Virus record (IMG/VR): IMGVR_UViG_3300028534_000024
Span: 9,350-73,349 of that record
DNA from: a virus
Taxonomy: Duplodnaviria > Caudoviricetes
Length of the DNA stretch: 64,000 nucleotides
Reading direction: 5' to 3' (one strand)
Part shown: in pieces, positions 39,365-49,768 of the stretch
Layout of the letters: every line of letters begins with the position of its first letter
Position numbering within the stretch: position 1 is the stretch's first letter
Program-made: the position numbers and the translations under genes
Notes under the pieces: model-generated
The model's input: only the letters and a program-made list of their open reading frames with translations
Told to the model about the DNA's origin: nothing
The model's database searches: none

Positions 39365-40588
39365 TTATATTTGCCCTAAATCTTCAAATCGTTGTATATC
39401 CAATCTATCAGCTAATCCTACAGAACACTTAGTGGCATTTCTAGCTTTAGTAACCACCATTTCAAGCAACCCATCAACATCAGGTGGACGATAAATAAGT
39501 AATGCTAACGATGCCGTATTAAGTAACTCAGTTGTTCCCCTTGTTCTCATTTTTAATGTACCATCAGTCTCCTTTTCGATATCAATTTGTGTAGGTAAGA
39601 TAACAACAATACCTAACTCCAGACATAGCTGATTTAAATCCCTAACGAAAGTTGCTTTTGATTGCCAAGTTGATCCATCTGAATTTGCTTTAGCAGAAGT
39701 TAAATTAAGATAATCAATAACAAATAATTCCACATTATGCAATTCATTATAAGTTCTTATTAAACTCTCAATCTCAGTAGGATCGAATACATCATCGAAT
39801 ATGAATATATCTGGTGATGTACTTGATGATAATTGCTTCCTTCCTTTATCAAGTTTATCTTTAAGTTCTTTTGATAGTGGTTTTCTAATATCATCAGGCA
39901 GTAAATCATTAAGGATATCAGCTAGTGGTACCTCACAAAGGTTTGCTAATAATCTAGCTTCAAGTAACTTAGCTGGTAGCTCTAATGAGAAATAAACAGA
40001 TGATCTTCCATTTTTCCAATTATGTATACATTCTTGTGCTGCGAAAGCTGACTTACCTACCCCTGATGGGGCCCCTACAATAGTTACACCACATAGTCTA
40101 TTACCTGTTTTATTAAGTGTAGGGAAAGATGATGGTAACATAAAGATATTATTATCAATATCTTCACCTAACTTCTTTGCTTGTTTTTGTGAGGTACTTG
40201 ATACTACCTTAGTTAGCTCCTTAGTTTTACTTGCTAATACATCTAAGTCTTTATTGATAGCAGCATCAGCAATTTCTGATAAGGAACTTTCAACTTGCGT
40301 TAAAGCATAATTTACCTTTAGATTCTCAATTACTTCATTGGCACTTAATTCTGTCTCTAATTCATCAACAGTTGATAAGTACGCTTCACATTTAAGGTAT
40401 TCAGAGTTACCTAGTGATGATTTAAGTAAAGTTGATAAATCTTGCCTTGTTATGTTATTGTTTCTTTTAAAGGCTTTTGAGTAGATTCGTATTATTTGGA
40501 ACACCAAAGGATTCTCTAACCACCCCAATTGAATATCATTAGGTGATATATTTCCTTGTAACAAATGGTATAGTAATAGTTTTTCCAT
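39365..40588 (-). CDS. Replicative helicase, DnaB-like
   Basis: 'GAPSGVGKS', 'FSLEL', 'VIDYLNL', 'VTKARN'. Confidence 0.9.
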   Translation of the reverse strand: MEKLLLYHLLQGNISPNDIQLGWLENPLVFQIIRIYSKAFKRNNNITRQDLSTLLKSSLGNSEYLKCEAYLSTVDELETELSANEVIENLKVNYALTQVESSLSEIADAAINKDLDVLASKTKELTKVVSSTSQKQAKKLGEDIDNNIFMLPSSFPTLNKTGNRLCGVTIVGAPSGVGKSAFAAQECIHNWKNGRSSVYFSLELPAKLLEARLLANLCEVPLADILNDLLPDDIRKPLSKELKDKLDKGRKQLSSSTSPDIFIFDDVFDPTEIESLIRTYNELHNVELFVIDYLNLTSAKANSDGSTWQSKATFVRDLNQLCLELGIVVILPTQIDIEKETDGTLKMRTRGTTELLNTASLALLIYRPPDVDGLLEMVVTKARNATKCSVGLADRLDIQRFEDLGQI

Positions 40589-41419
40589 TTAAGCTCCTTG
40601 CTTTAATCCATTGAATATATGTTTTATTACCTCTATAGTCCAACCATTACCAATGGCATGACATCTGGACGTTACTCCTAGCCCTTTAGTGTATCCTTCA
40701 GGAAGTGTTTGAAGTCTTTCCCATTCTAGTGGACTCATAAGTCTAACCTTTGTTTTGTCCTCATTAAACAAATATTGATATGCATGGGATCTATTCGTTG
40801 TTAATGTGTTGGATTTTGGGTTATTTACCCAATTTAGACCATCTGCTCTGATAGTATTCCCATATTTACCATATATGAATTTTGGAGGGTCTCTCCAAGG
40901 CTCTTTAAGATCCAATATATCCTTAAAGATAATACCTCTATCTTCAGGTAAAGTTACATTAGGTATATTAGTCCAATATAACCTCTTCCTTCTTTGTGCA
41001 GACACTAATGCACTATCAATCATTAGAGGTTCTACACCAAGTAAATTAGTTATAACTTGCTTTGATTGATTATTCATTATAACATTCTCTAACATAAAAT
41101 ATTTAGGTTGTATTACATCTAAGGCTCTTTTAAACTCAAAAAATAATTTACTTCGTGGATCTTCTAAGTTCAGTCTTTTACCTGCGAAACTAAACCCCTG
41201 ACAAGGACTACCTACTATAATTAAATCAATATCTTTATAATCTTCGAAATTTATTTTTGTAACATCTCCAATATATATAATATCGTCCCAATTATTTTTA
41301 GAAATTTCTATAGCTTTCTCATCAATCTCAGAAGCATAGTAGGTATCTACTTTAATACCTAACTGATCTAATGCTATTCTCCCACAAGATATACCATCAA
41401 ATAAACTTAAAACTTTCAT
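40589..41419 (-). CDS. DNA cytosine-5 methyltransferase
   Basis: 'LSLFDG', 'GSPCQGFS', 'LENV', 'QRRKRLYW', 'ERLQTLP', 'IGNGW'. Confidence 0.95.
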   Translation of the reverse strand: MKVLSLFDGISCGRIALDQLGIKVDTYYASEIDEKAIEISKNNWDDIIYIGDVTKINFEDYKDIDLIIVGSPCQGFSFAGKRLNLEDPRSKLFFEFKRALDVIQPKYFMLENVIMNNQSKQVITNLLGVEPLMIDSALVSAQRRKRLYWTNIPNVTLPEDRGIIFKDILDLKEPWRDPPKFIYGKYGNTIRADGLNWVNNPKSNTLTTNRSHAYQYLFNEDKTKVRLMSPLEWERLQTLPEGYTKGLGVTSRCHAIGNGWTIEVIKHIFNGLKQGA

Positions 41420-41428
41420 ATGTTACCT

Positions 41429-41965
41429 TTATATTTCTTTTGTATAAGCTAAAATTATATCTAGCACTTCCTCATCTGTATGTGGTAGTTCTTTCCAGTT
41501 ACTTAAATAATCTCTACTATACAATACCCAAGCCTTATGTGCTTCCAGTATGGGTATAAAATAACCTTCGTTTTCACATACATTAACGATAACATCTAAA
41601 TCATCAAGATGTGGTTCATAAGGCGGTAAATCAATAGCATCTCGAAGGCATTTAAGTTTTATTATTGAAGCATTCATTTGTTTCCTTAAAATGTCTTCAT
41701 ATTCTGGAATGTAAATCCAATAGTCTACATCAATTTCGATATTAGGATTATCATCCCACTTAAATCCTTCTAGGACTATTGAATCCCATAAGTTAATAAA
41801 CCATTTATATGCTTCGCTATTGAAACCTAAAGCTCTTACCTCTAAAGCATCTACAACACCATCATATGGACAATCTTGTTGAAGTATGGTGTAGTAGTCT
41901 ATTTCCTGTAATTTACATTTTCTTATTATCTTATAATTTTTATCTTTATCTTCTTGGATTTTCAT
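41429..41965 (-). CDS. Hypothetical protein
   Basis: ORF in operon. Confidence 0.55.
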   Translation of the reverse strand: MKIQEDKDKNYKIIRKCKLQEIDYYTILQQDCPYDGVVDALEVRALGFNSEAYKWFINLWDSIVLEGFKWDDNPNIEIDVDYWIYIPEYEDILRKQMNASIIKLKCLRDAIDLPPYEPHLDDLDVIVNVCENEGYFIPILEAHKAWVLYSRDYLSNWKELPHTDEEVLDIILAYTKEI

Positions 41966-42174
41966 ATGTTATCCTTATGTATATTTTTATTTATATCTAC
42001 CAATTCCGATAATCTAAATGATACAACATTATATAGGTATTTAAATAAACTATCAGATGAGTTATTGATAGATAAGAACTCCGTTAATTCTTTTTCCATT
42101 TCTATAACCTCATCATACACTGTACATGATATAATACAAGAGTCAATTATTCTTTTTATTGTTAATGTTTTCAT
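41962..42174 (-). CDS. Hypothetical protein
   Basis: ORF in operon. Confidence 0.45.
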   Translation of the reverse strand: MKTLTIKRIIDSCIISCTVYDEVIEMEKELTEFLSINNSSDSLFKYLYNVVSFRLSELVDINKNIHKDNI

Positions 42175-42264
42175 ATTACCACATTGTTAATACTTCACAT
42201 ATTAGAGAGAATAATATTATCAGTATGAATGTTTGAATAGAATAAGATATAAGTCTTTCTACGG

Positions 42265-42504
42265 TCATATTATCCCTCCCCTCACTGTCGTTAAATTTTC
42301 GACTAACCAATCACATTCAGTCTCATTAGACATCTCAATTTCATATGCATCTGAGGCATAGAAATCAGCCCCATTAAACTCACCTTTGTAATATTTATTT
42401 TTAGCTTTAGTAATAGCATCCTCTCTTGATGTAGCTTTTACTTCTATGTCAAGCAAATCAACCGATTTGACATCAAACTCCAATCTTACTATGTATTTAT
42501 CCAT
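42265..42504 (-). CDS. Hypothetical protein
   Basis: AAGGA RBS; 'IEVKATSREDAITKA' motif common in small phage proteins. Confidence 0.55.
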   Translation of the reverse strand: MDKYIVRLEFDVKSVDLLDIEVKATSREDAITKAKNKYYKGEFNGADFYASDAYEIEMSNETECDWLVENLTTVRGGII

Positions 42505-42519
42505 TGCTATCCTTGTATT

Positions 42520-42711
42520 TTATGAATATATAAAATATAAATTAGAGAAATCAAACCTCTCAGTTTCTTGTATTACTAAATTTTCCTCATATAATCTATT
42601 ATACAATTCAATTTCATTGAGAATAAACTCATCATCTATTTCTGTATTTTCAAGCTCCTTTATGTAGTTTATAAGGGCTTGTTCGATTGTTTCATCTATC
42701 ATCACACTCAC
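42520..42711 (-). CDS. Hypothetical acidic protein
   Basis: ORF in operon. Confidence 0.4.
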   Translation of the reverse strand: MSVMIDETIEQALINYIKELENTEIDDEFILNEIELYNRLYEENLVIQETERFDFSNLYFIYS

Positions 42712-43321
42712 TCTTATTATTAACCCAATGAATTGTAGGTAATCCTACAAAACTTTTATCCCAAATATACCAAGCATATGCTATAGCATTTGACGCTCCT
42801 GTATCCTCCCCATTCTTATACATAGGTTGTCTGTTTGAGAATACAAGAACATATTTAAGATGTGAATTATTGGTAAAGAACTCATATCTACCAATAGACT
42901 CTAGATAAGTTAATTTAAGGAACATAGCTACTCCTTTATTAGCTTCTTGTAAGGCTTTATTAATAATAGGTTGAAGTAGTTGTCTATCATATGGTGGATT
43001 TGTTATTATCCAATCAATACCATCAAATGGAGTTATTAGATAGTCTGTAATATCAACATCAAATACATAATCGAAATCATATTTGTACTTATCAGTGGCT
43101 ATTGTTTCTTTAAAGTATGGAGATAGTACTTCAGCAACCCATCCTGTACCAGCACAAGGTTCTAATAAAGTATCATTTGATGTATCACCTAACAGCCCAC
43201 TCCCAATTAATGCTAAAGTTGAACATCTAGGTGTTGGGTAATAATCTGTTGGATGCCTATCTTCACTTTCTTTTCTTCGTCCCCCTGTTAGTAATGATGG
43301 CCTATTTTTAAGTTTATTCAT
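42692..43321 (-). CDS. DNA amino-methyltransferase (NPPY motif)
   Basis: 'DYYPTP', 'LEPCAGTG', 'ITNPPY', 'AWYIW'. Confidence 0.88.
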   Translation of the reverse strand: MNKLKNRPSLLTGGRRKESEDRHPTDYYPTPRCSTLALIGSGLLGDTSNDTLLEPCAGTGWVAEVLSPYFKETIATDKYKYDFDYVFDVDITDYLITPFDGIDWIITNPPYDRQLLQPIINKALQEANKGVAMFLKLTYLESIGRYEFFTNNSHLKYVLVFSNRQPMYKNGEDTGASNAIAYAWYIWDKSFVGLPTIHWVNNKSECDDR

Positions 43322-43331
43322 ATGTCTTCCT

Positions 43332-43571
43332 TTAGTTATCTATGCTTTCAAGATGCCCTATTAAGAAATCCAAATTCTGTCTTGCCTTCCTCAAATCCTC
43401 GATACCATTTTTAAATTTATATCTTGAAACATATTTAATAACACATCCCTCAACAAATCCTAAATCATTTTGGAGAATATACTCCATAGGTTGTATCTTA
43501 AGTTTCTGGTAGTGAGTACCTCCAACTTGTTTATCAAATACATTCACTAGTTTCCTCCTCCATAACAACAA
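43332..43571 (-). CDS. DUF3310-like protein
   Basis: 'QVGGTHY', 'GCVIKYVSRYKFKNGIEDLRKA'. Confidence 0.8.
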   Translation of the reverse strand: MLLWRRKLVNVFDKQVGGTHYQKLKIQPMEYILQNDLGFVEGCVIKYVSRYKFKNGIEDLRKARQNLDFLIGHLESIDN

Positions 43572-43779
43572 CTGATGGGATTATATTATTAATTTCCATA
43601 AAGTCTTCAATTAATTTTGCTTTATCTATATATAAATGTGTTGGATTATATAGTTCATTACCGGAAGCCAATTTATATGTAAATCCATTATGATCCTCTA
43701 CAATACTCTCAATCACATCACATTCAATCTTCAACCCATTTATAAAATAAATCTTATCATTAACTTGAATATTTCTCAT
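43534..43779 (-). CDS. Hypothetical protein
   Basis: ORF in operon. Confidence 0.45.
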   Translation of the reverse strand: MRNIQVNDKIYFINGLKIECDVIESIVEDHNGFTYKLASGNELYNPTHLYIDKAKLIEDFMEINNIIPSVVVMEEETSECI

Positions 43780-43781
43780 AT

Positions 43782-44003
43782 TTAATCCTTTTTATTATTG
43801 TTTGTTTTACAAGCTTCTTGTTTAAGAAGCACAGCAAGTATAGCCTTTTGTACATAAAGTTGTTCTAATCTGACATCACCTACCAAAGAGGCTTTATCCA
43901 TAGTACTTAATGCTATATTTAATTTACTTTTAGTTATAGAACATTCTGATGTTTCAGAAAATACAAATACAGAAAGTAATATTAATAGTTTAATTACTTT
44001 CAT
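43782..44003 (-). CDS. Hypothetical protein with signal-peptide-like N-terminus
   Basis: MKVIKLLILLSVFVFS. Confidence 0.45.
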   Translation of the reverse strand: MKVIKLLILLSVFVFSETSECSITKSKLNIALSTMDKASLVGDVRLEQLYVQKAILAVLLKQEACKTNNNKKD

Positions 44004-44201
44004 AATCTACTCCTAGATATTTTTCTTGATTGTCTGTACAAAATATACATTCATCATCATTATCTAAACACATACATCCATAACTAGATAAATTATCTAT
44101 ACCGTTCATATGTAATTGATTTAACATTTCTGTATGTATCAATAGTTGTATATACTCACCCCTATCTATTGTTACTGCATTATTATCTATAATATATTCC
44201 T

Positions 44202-44687
44202 TTAATTATTAGTCCATATAAGTTTTCTGCAATCATCAAAATTAGCTTTATACCAATTTGCTTTAGCTTCTTTCGATAAATCTTTCTCGAACTTACCATT
44301 AACTATAGATCCAACTCTAGAGTTAATTTCCTTAGCTACCTCTAATAGTACCTTTTCTGGATCATATTTAATCTTCATAAGTTCTGTTATAGAGAATACA
44401 ATAATATCAGCAATTGCATCAGCTCTTATATCATCATGTGATACTACTAATTCAGTATCTATAACATTTTCTTTTAGAAGTTCTTTTAGAAAATTTTCAT
44501 AAGCTGTCTTAAGTTTATCTCTATCCTCTTTCTTGACCTCTCCTCCAAGTAGCTCTATAAGTTCTTCTTGGATATTAGCAATGTAGTCAAAAGCTGAATA
44601 CTCCATTTGATGAATATTCCTATCTATTGCAAATCTTTCAATTTCTTTTATAGGATTCTTGCAATCATCTTGTACTTCATTTTTCAT
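44202..44687 (-). CDS. MazG-like / all-alpha NTP pyrophosphatase
   Basis: 'IQEELIEL', 'DAIADIIVF', 'KEINSR'. Confidence 0.75.
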   Translation of the reverse strand: MKNEVQDDCKNPIKEIERFAIDRNIHQMEYSAFDYIANIQEELIELLGGEVKKEDRDKLKTAYENFLKELLKENVIDTELVVSHDDIRADAIADIIVFSITELMKIKYDPEKVLLEVAKEINSRVGSIVNGKFEKDLSKEAKANWYKANFDDCRKLIWTNN

Positions 44688-44708
44688 ATCGTCTCCTTTA
44701 TGTTAGAT

Positions 44709-45587
44709 TTATTGTTTGTCTTCCTTAACTATCAAATTAAGATAACTTTTAGGTGCAGCCTCTTGTATAGCTATTGCAAGCTCTCTCATTAAAAAGTAAG
44801 CTGCACCAGAATTTCTTAGCTTTAAATAGTTTTTAAGTGATCTAAGATTCATCTTAAAAACTAAATCAACTTTCCAATTATCAGTTACAATATGCTTAAA
44901 GCTGTCACCTATATTTCTTGCTTGTTTTGATGATTGCAATGCTTCAAACACCATATCTGGATTATATTGATTTATAGCTCCATTATTTCTCATATCTTTT
45001 GATGTAGCTAATTCAATGAATTTTTCTTCACCTAAAGCTATTTTTTGTTTAAGTAATCGTCTATACATAAAGTGTATATCCTCTTCCTGATCTTTAATAG
45101 TAAACATATCAAATTCTTTTACTTTATTTAAGAACCAATCATAACCATTTGTATGTCCACATACTTGACTAGCTAAAAATGCATTTATAACTGATGACAT
45201 AGTGTATCTTGTTGATTGTACTGTTAATTCTTGTACTCGGTGCCTAGAGTGTTCCTGAATTACACTTCTGCTCGTACCATTAACAAAGAACCAGAGTTCA
45301 CACATCTCAAGTACACTATGATGATGGTGTACCCAAGCTAGATTTGTTAAAAGTTCTGATGATTCTATTGCATTTACTTTTGATATCGTATTATCTAGTT
45401 CAATCCCATAGTCTTCATCTTCCTTGAGAAGAACAGCTAAGTCTTTAATTGCATTATTTTCTGATTTGTCGTAGCTATTATATGCAGTTCTTCCAGCTAG
45501 CTCTGAAATACCTAATCCTTCAGCTTTAAGTAGTGTAACTGTAGGTAGATAGTATTCAATACCATTATGCTTAATTGTTTTGTTCAT
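44709..45587 (-). CDS. thyX: Flavin-dependent thymidylate synthase
   Basis: 'HHSVLE', 'SRSVIQEHSRHR', 'STRY', 'MNLRSLKNYLKLR'. Confidence 0.93.
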   Translation of the reverse strand: MNKTIKHNGIEYYLPTVTLLKAEGLGISELAGRTAYNSYDKSENNAIKDLAVLLKEDEDYGIELDNTISKVNAIESSELLTNLAWVHHHHSVLEMCELWFFVNGTSRSVIQEHSRHRVQELTVQSTRYTMSSVINAFLASQVCGHTNGYDWFLNKVKEFDMFTIKDQEEDIHFMYRRLLKQKIALGEEKFIELATSKDMRNNGAINQYNPDMVFEALQSSKQARNIGDSFKHIVTDNWKVDLVFKMNLRSLKNYLKLRNSGAAYFLMRELAIAIQEAAPKSYLNLIVKEDKQ

Positions 45588-46095
45588 TTTTATCCTTTAA
45601 CTTAAATTATATAACACATATATACATATTAAACTAAAACCTATAAACCATTCTAGTGATCCATTATTCTCTAGTGTATTTAGACCTATGAAAATAATAA
45701 GTAATATTGCTATAATTATTTTCATACCAATTATCCTTTCTTGTTAAAATACCCTTCACATAACTCTGTGTCTTTTAAGTTACCTATAGAGAATATAGGA
45801 TTACCATTATAAAGTCTATTTGCCCTGTCCTTGTGTTTATCTGTTAAGTATCTTAAACATAAATCATTACCACAAATTTTATCCATATAAGTCATACCAC
45901 CATCCTGCATTAAAAATTAGTATATATCTCTATTGATTTATACCTGTCATTGATTTCAAAGTTGTCTTCCTTAAATTCTTTTCTAATCATATATGTCGGA
46001 GAATCTAAATATTCCTCATAAGTGTACTTTAATTCATAATCTTGTGGTAGTGTCTTTAAGTATTCTATCATATCTTTAACCTGCATATTTCATCC

Positions 46096-46356
46096 TTAAT
46101 GTTGTTTTGATTTAATAAACTTATCTATATAAGTTATAAGTGAATCATTTGATATATAAAATAGATTTAGATTATACTCTATTTCAATTAAATAAATCAA
46201 TTGTCCTATTCTTAAATTATGCTTCTCACATACTGTTTTTATATAATCCATAGGTAAATCTACTGATTCTCCCCTTAACATTTCTTTATTCATTAACTTT
46301 TGATTAATGAAATTCTGTATTTTATCCATCATATCTATCCTTTCATTTATCTCCAT
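46096..46356 (-). CDS. Hypothetical protein
   Basis: ORF in operon. Confidence 0.45.
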   Translation of the reverse strand: MEINERIDMMDKIQNFINQKLMNKEMLRGESVDLPMDYIKTVCEKHNLRIGQLIYLIEIEYNLNLFYISNDSLITYIDKFIKSKQH

Positions 46357-46843
46357 AATATGCTAAAAAGTAAGCATCTGTTAAATCGTACAATCCAGTT
46401 GTTTTCTTAAAGCCATTATCTACAAAGAACTTCTTGATATTTTCAGGGAGAGCATCTAACATATCTTCTTTATTTGCTCTACCATTACCTGTGGTTTTCT
46501 TTTTAAGTGAACTAGGTGCTATCTGATATGAGTTATTTTTATGTCTATATATCAATGTAGCTATGAAGTAATGAAACCCAAATAATTGGTATACCCTCGA
46601 CCCTTTCCCTAAAAAAGCAGGGGCTTCAAGATATACATCATAATCAGGATATTTTAAAATAACTTGATTTATCTTATCTGCTACTTGAAGACTTCTCTTG
46701 TAGATATTGGTATTAGGGCTAGTCTTTATTGTAAAGAACTCTTCTATAGCTTTATTGTTATCAAGCACCACAACACCTGTAGATGTCATTGATAAATCTA
46801 TACCGATAGTTCCGTGTATTTTATTGACTCCCATCGACTTCAT
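46343..46843 (-). CDS. RuvC-like Holliday junction resolvase
   Basis: 'IGIDLSMTSTG', 'YLE', 'PSSLKK..TGNGRANKEDM', 'DLTDAY'. Confidence 0.88.
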   Translation of the reverse strand: MKSMGVNKIHGTIGIDLSMTSTGVVVLDNNKAIEEFFTIKTSPNTNIYKRSLQVADKINQVILKYPDYDVYLEAPAFLGKGSRVYQLFGFHYFIATLIYRHKNNSYQIAPSSLKKKTTGNGRANKEDMLDALPENIKKFFVDNGFKKTTGLYDLTDAYFLAYYGDK

Positions 46844-47774
46844 CCTCCATAACCTTTTCTATAACTAAATGTGTCAACCTGCTATGCTTTTCGGCATAAC
46901 TAACTTCTAAAAGAAGTCTATCAAGTCCTAATTTAAGATACTTTTTAGTTACTTTATATTTAATACTATAAATTTTATCTTTATAGCTGATCTTAAAACC
47001 TATAGGATTATAGTTATTATCAACAACCCAATCTATAGGTTTGACTATAAGACAACCTTTAGGTACAAAAATAGTCTCAGGAGTGTCCTTTAATAGCGTG
47101 ATGTATTTACCTATATTGTTTTCCTTTAAAGATTGTAATTGACTTTCTTTAATACTAGGTAGATCAGTTATAGTTGTGTATGTATTTGTTTTACCTTGAA
47201 AGTAATTTAATAAGGATTTATCTCCTTGCATCACAACTATATCCCCATCTGTGATATAACACCATTTTGGTGGTACATTCGGTCTTTTTCTTCTATCTAT
47301 AATAGACGAGTAAGTATTTTTATCTGATCTATAAGTATAATGTAATTTAGAGCTATTATGAATAATATAAGGTATATCTATATCTTTTTTAAATTCACCT
47401 ATAAGTTCCGATAATGTATACAGCTTATCTGAATTATAAATTATATTGTTATCACTAAATACATTGCTATTTGATAGTAGATGTTTAAACACAACTTGAT
47501 ACTCTGTTGGAAATAGATTGATATACTTATTGATAGTTTTTACATCTTTTGCTATGATGATATTATATACCAAGCTTTTTATTTTATCATCACTTAATTT
47601 TGATGCGTTTGTAGTTAATTTTATTTTAGATATAGGTAACTGAAAATGAACTTTTAATGATAATAGTAATTGTAGGTCTTTTGTTGGGTTCTTAAGTAGA
47701 CGGGCTAATTGATGTCTTCTTAAGGTATTATCTAGAGGAATAAGATTATATAATATTTGAAAAGTTTCATTCAT
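46821..47774 (-). CDS. Hypothetical protein (weak ligase-like architecture)
   Basis: Helical N-terminus and OB-like C-terminus; no catalytic motif recognised. Confidence 0.3.
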   Translation of the reverse strand: MNETFQILYNLIPLDNTLRRHQLARLLKNPTKDLQLLLSLKVHFQLPISKIKLTTNASKLSDDKIKSLVYNIIIAKDVKTINKYINLFPTEYQVVFKHLLSNSNVFSDNNIIYNSDKLYTLSELIGEFKKDIDIPYIIHNSSKLHYTYRSDKNTYSSIIDRRKRPNVPPKWCYITDGDIVVMQGDKSLLNYFQGKTNTYTTITDLPSIKESQLQSLKENNIGKYITLLKDTPETIFVPKGCLIVKPIDWVVDNNYNPIGFKISYKDKIYSIKYKVTKKYLKLGLDRLLLEVSYAEKHSRLTHLVIEKVMEDEVDGSQ

Positions 47775-47786
47775 ATTTTGCCTTTA

Positions 47787-48209
47787 TTATGTATTAAATA
47801 TATTTTTAACTATATATATATCATTATCTGATGGTTTATCAAAAAGTACATTAAACAGTGCTTTTATTTCAGCATCGGAGAAATCAGATAGATCTATATC
47901 TAATGATATATCAATATCTTCATCCTCTAAATCTTTATGTAAGTACTCAATAGATGTTTTATAGTAGTGTTGAATACGGTATCGTATTCTATGCTTTAAA
48001 TGATTACCTAATGAACCTTTTGTCTTATCATATGTATTCAATCCATCGTTAATCCCTTGCATACATTCTTCTAAGAATATACCATCAGGTATTCTTTTCC
48101 AATTATTATACGAATTTACTATAAAAGTAGCTATATATTTAGCGGTCATAAGACTTAATGAGTTGAAACGGATAAGTAGTTCTTCTAAAACTAATGATTT
48201 TTTTAACAT
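47787..48209 (-). CDS. Small sigma-factor-like protein (region 2)
   Basis: 'LEECMQGINDGLNTYDKTKGSLGNHLKHRIRYRI' parallels sigma70 region 2. Confidence 0.55.
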   Translation of the reverse strand: MLKKSLVLEELLIRFNSLSLMTAKYIATFIVNSYNNWKRIPDGIFLEECMQGINDGLNTYDKTKGSLGNHLKHRIRYRIQHYYKTSIEYLHKDLEDEDIDISLDIDLSDFSDAEIKALFNVLFDKPSDNDIYIVKNIFNT

Positions 48210-49768
48210 AATGTAATCCCTTGTTCTTTGGTAAGAGTAATTACTTCATCAAATAACTTATATGGTAGTTCATTATGATGTTGTATAACAATTACATTTT
48301 TATTCTTTTTTAGTTCATCTATTAAAGAACTAATTGGTTTAATATTATGCTTATCTATTCTATTGAAGGCTTCATCTATAACAAGTATAGGCACAATTAT
48401 ATTTAACTGTTGCTCTAATGTTTTAAATAATGCCGTAAGAATAGTTAAAGCAAGAATAGTAAACTCACCTCCACTTAGCATAGCTAGTTCTCTATCTACC
48501 CCATTACTAGAAATATTAAACATAATTTTACCTTTAACTATTTTAGCATATAAAGAGAAATCATTATTTGTGGATGATAAAATATCTTCAATATTATCAT
48601 TTAATCCAGATATAAATGTATGTAGATATACAGTTGTAACTTTCCCAGATTCTAATAATTTAATTAGAGATTTAACTATCTGTAATTCTTTCTCTTTTTC
48701 TAGTAATTCTAATTGTAACTTATCAATATCCTTAGATGGGGCAGATAGTATATGTTTATGTGTAGCTATTTTAGCTTCCAGACTAATTATCTTATCATTT
48801 ATTATTTTAAATTGACTATCAAATTCATCTTTTAAATTAGTTAAAGATTCTTGTTTATGTGATAATAAGGTTGATGTTGTTAATATTTTATCTTCAATAT
48901 CACTTAATTGTTCTTGTAAATTATCTACATTTAAATTATCTAAAGGTCTATTACAAGTAGGACAAATAGATAATTCTAATAACTGAAGTGATGATTCTAC
49001 TTGTTTTTTAATAGAATGTAAAGATGATAATTTCTCAGACAAAATAGAAATATCATTTGTAAGTTTAGATTTGCTTGTCATATAAGTATGATTTTCAATT
49101 AACTCCTCCTTATCTTTATTCAATTCATCTAATTCATCATATAAATTATCTTCATTTACTACAGATATAGATTTAGTTATATCACCTATTCTTAATTTTA
49201 AAGTCCTAATATCAGAGTTCAGGTTAGCTCTCTTATCCTTAGCCTTCCTTGTGTAGATATCCAATATTGTCAAATCAAAATATTTAAGAATTAAATTACC
49301 ATCAGTTGAAAATAGATTTCCAATAGTATCTTGATTTATATATGATAAAGTAACAAATTCTTCATAAGTTAATCCAATAATATCTTGGATTATTGTTAAT
49401 GATTCCGTTATCCTATCTGATAGCACTTTATCATTTGTCAGATCCTTAACTATGATAGATAAAGTATTTCTATCATTAGAAATAAGATAGTCTATACTTT
49501 TAACTTCAATATAAAGTTTAATCACATAAGGTTTACTTGTTATGTGATTATTAAGATTTTCAAAATAATTTGACTTTGGGTTTCGATTAAAGAGACATTG
49601 TATAATTGATAAAGTAAAAGCACTCTTACCTGCACCATTAGATGTTGGAAGATTATCTACAAGTACATCATTATTTATACCATTAAGAAGATACAATTTA
49701 TTCTCAAAAGTAAAATCAATATGCCCTATGGACATAAAATTATTAATAATTATTCTTTTAATTTTCAA
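48203..49768 (-). CDS. SbcC/Rad50/gp46-like ATPase
   Basis: 'NGAGKS', coiled coil with CPTC hook, 'LSGGE', 'IDEAF', 'QHH'. Confidence 0.93.
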   Translation of the reverse strand: MKIKRIIINNFMSIGHIDFTFENKLYLLNGINNDVLVDNLPTSNGAGKSAFTLSIIQCLFNRNPKSNYFENLNNHITSKPYVIKLYIEVKSIDYLISNDRNTLSIIVKDLTNDKVLSDRITESLTIIQDIIGLTYEEFVTLSYINQDTIGNLFSTDGNLILKYFDLTILDIYTRKAKDKRANLNSDIRTLKLRIGDITKSISVVNEDNLYDELDELNKDKEELIENHTYMTSKSKLTNDISILSEKLSSLHSIKKQVESSLQLLELSICPTCNRPLDNLNVDNLQEQLSDIEDKILTTSTLLSHKQESLTNLKDEFDSQFKIINDKIISLEAKIATHKHILSAPSKDIDKLQLELLEKEKELQIVKSLIKLLESGKVTTVYLHTFISGLNDNIEDILSSTNNDFSLYAKIVKGKIMFNISSNGVDRELAMLSGGEFTILALTILTALFKTLEQQLNIIVPILVIDEAFNRIDKHNIKPISSLIDELKKNKNVIVIQHHNELPYKLFDEVITLTKEQGITLC

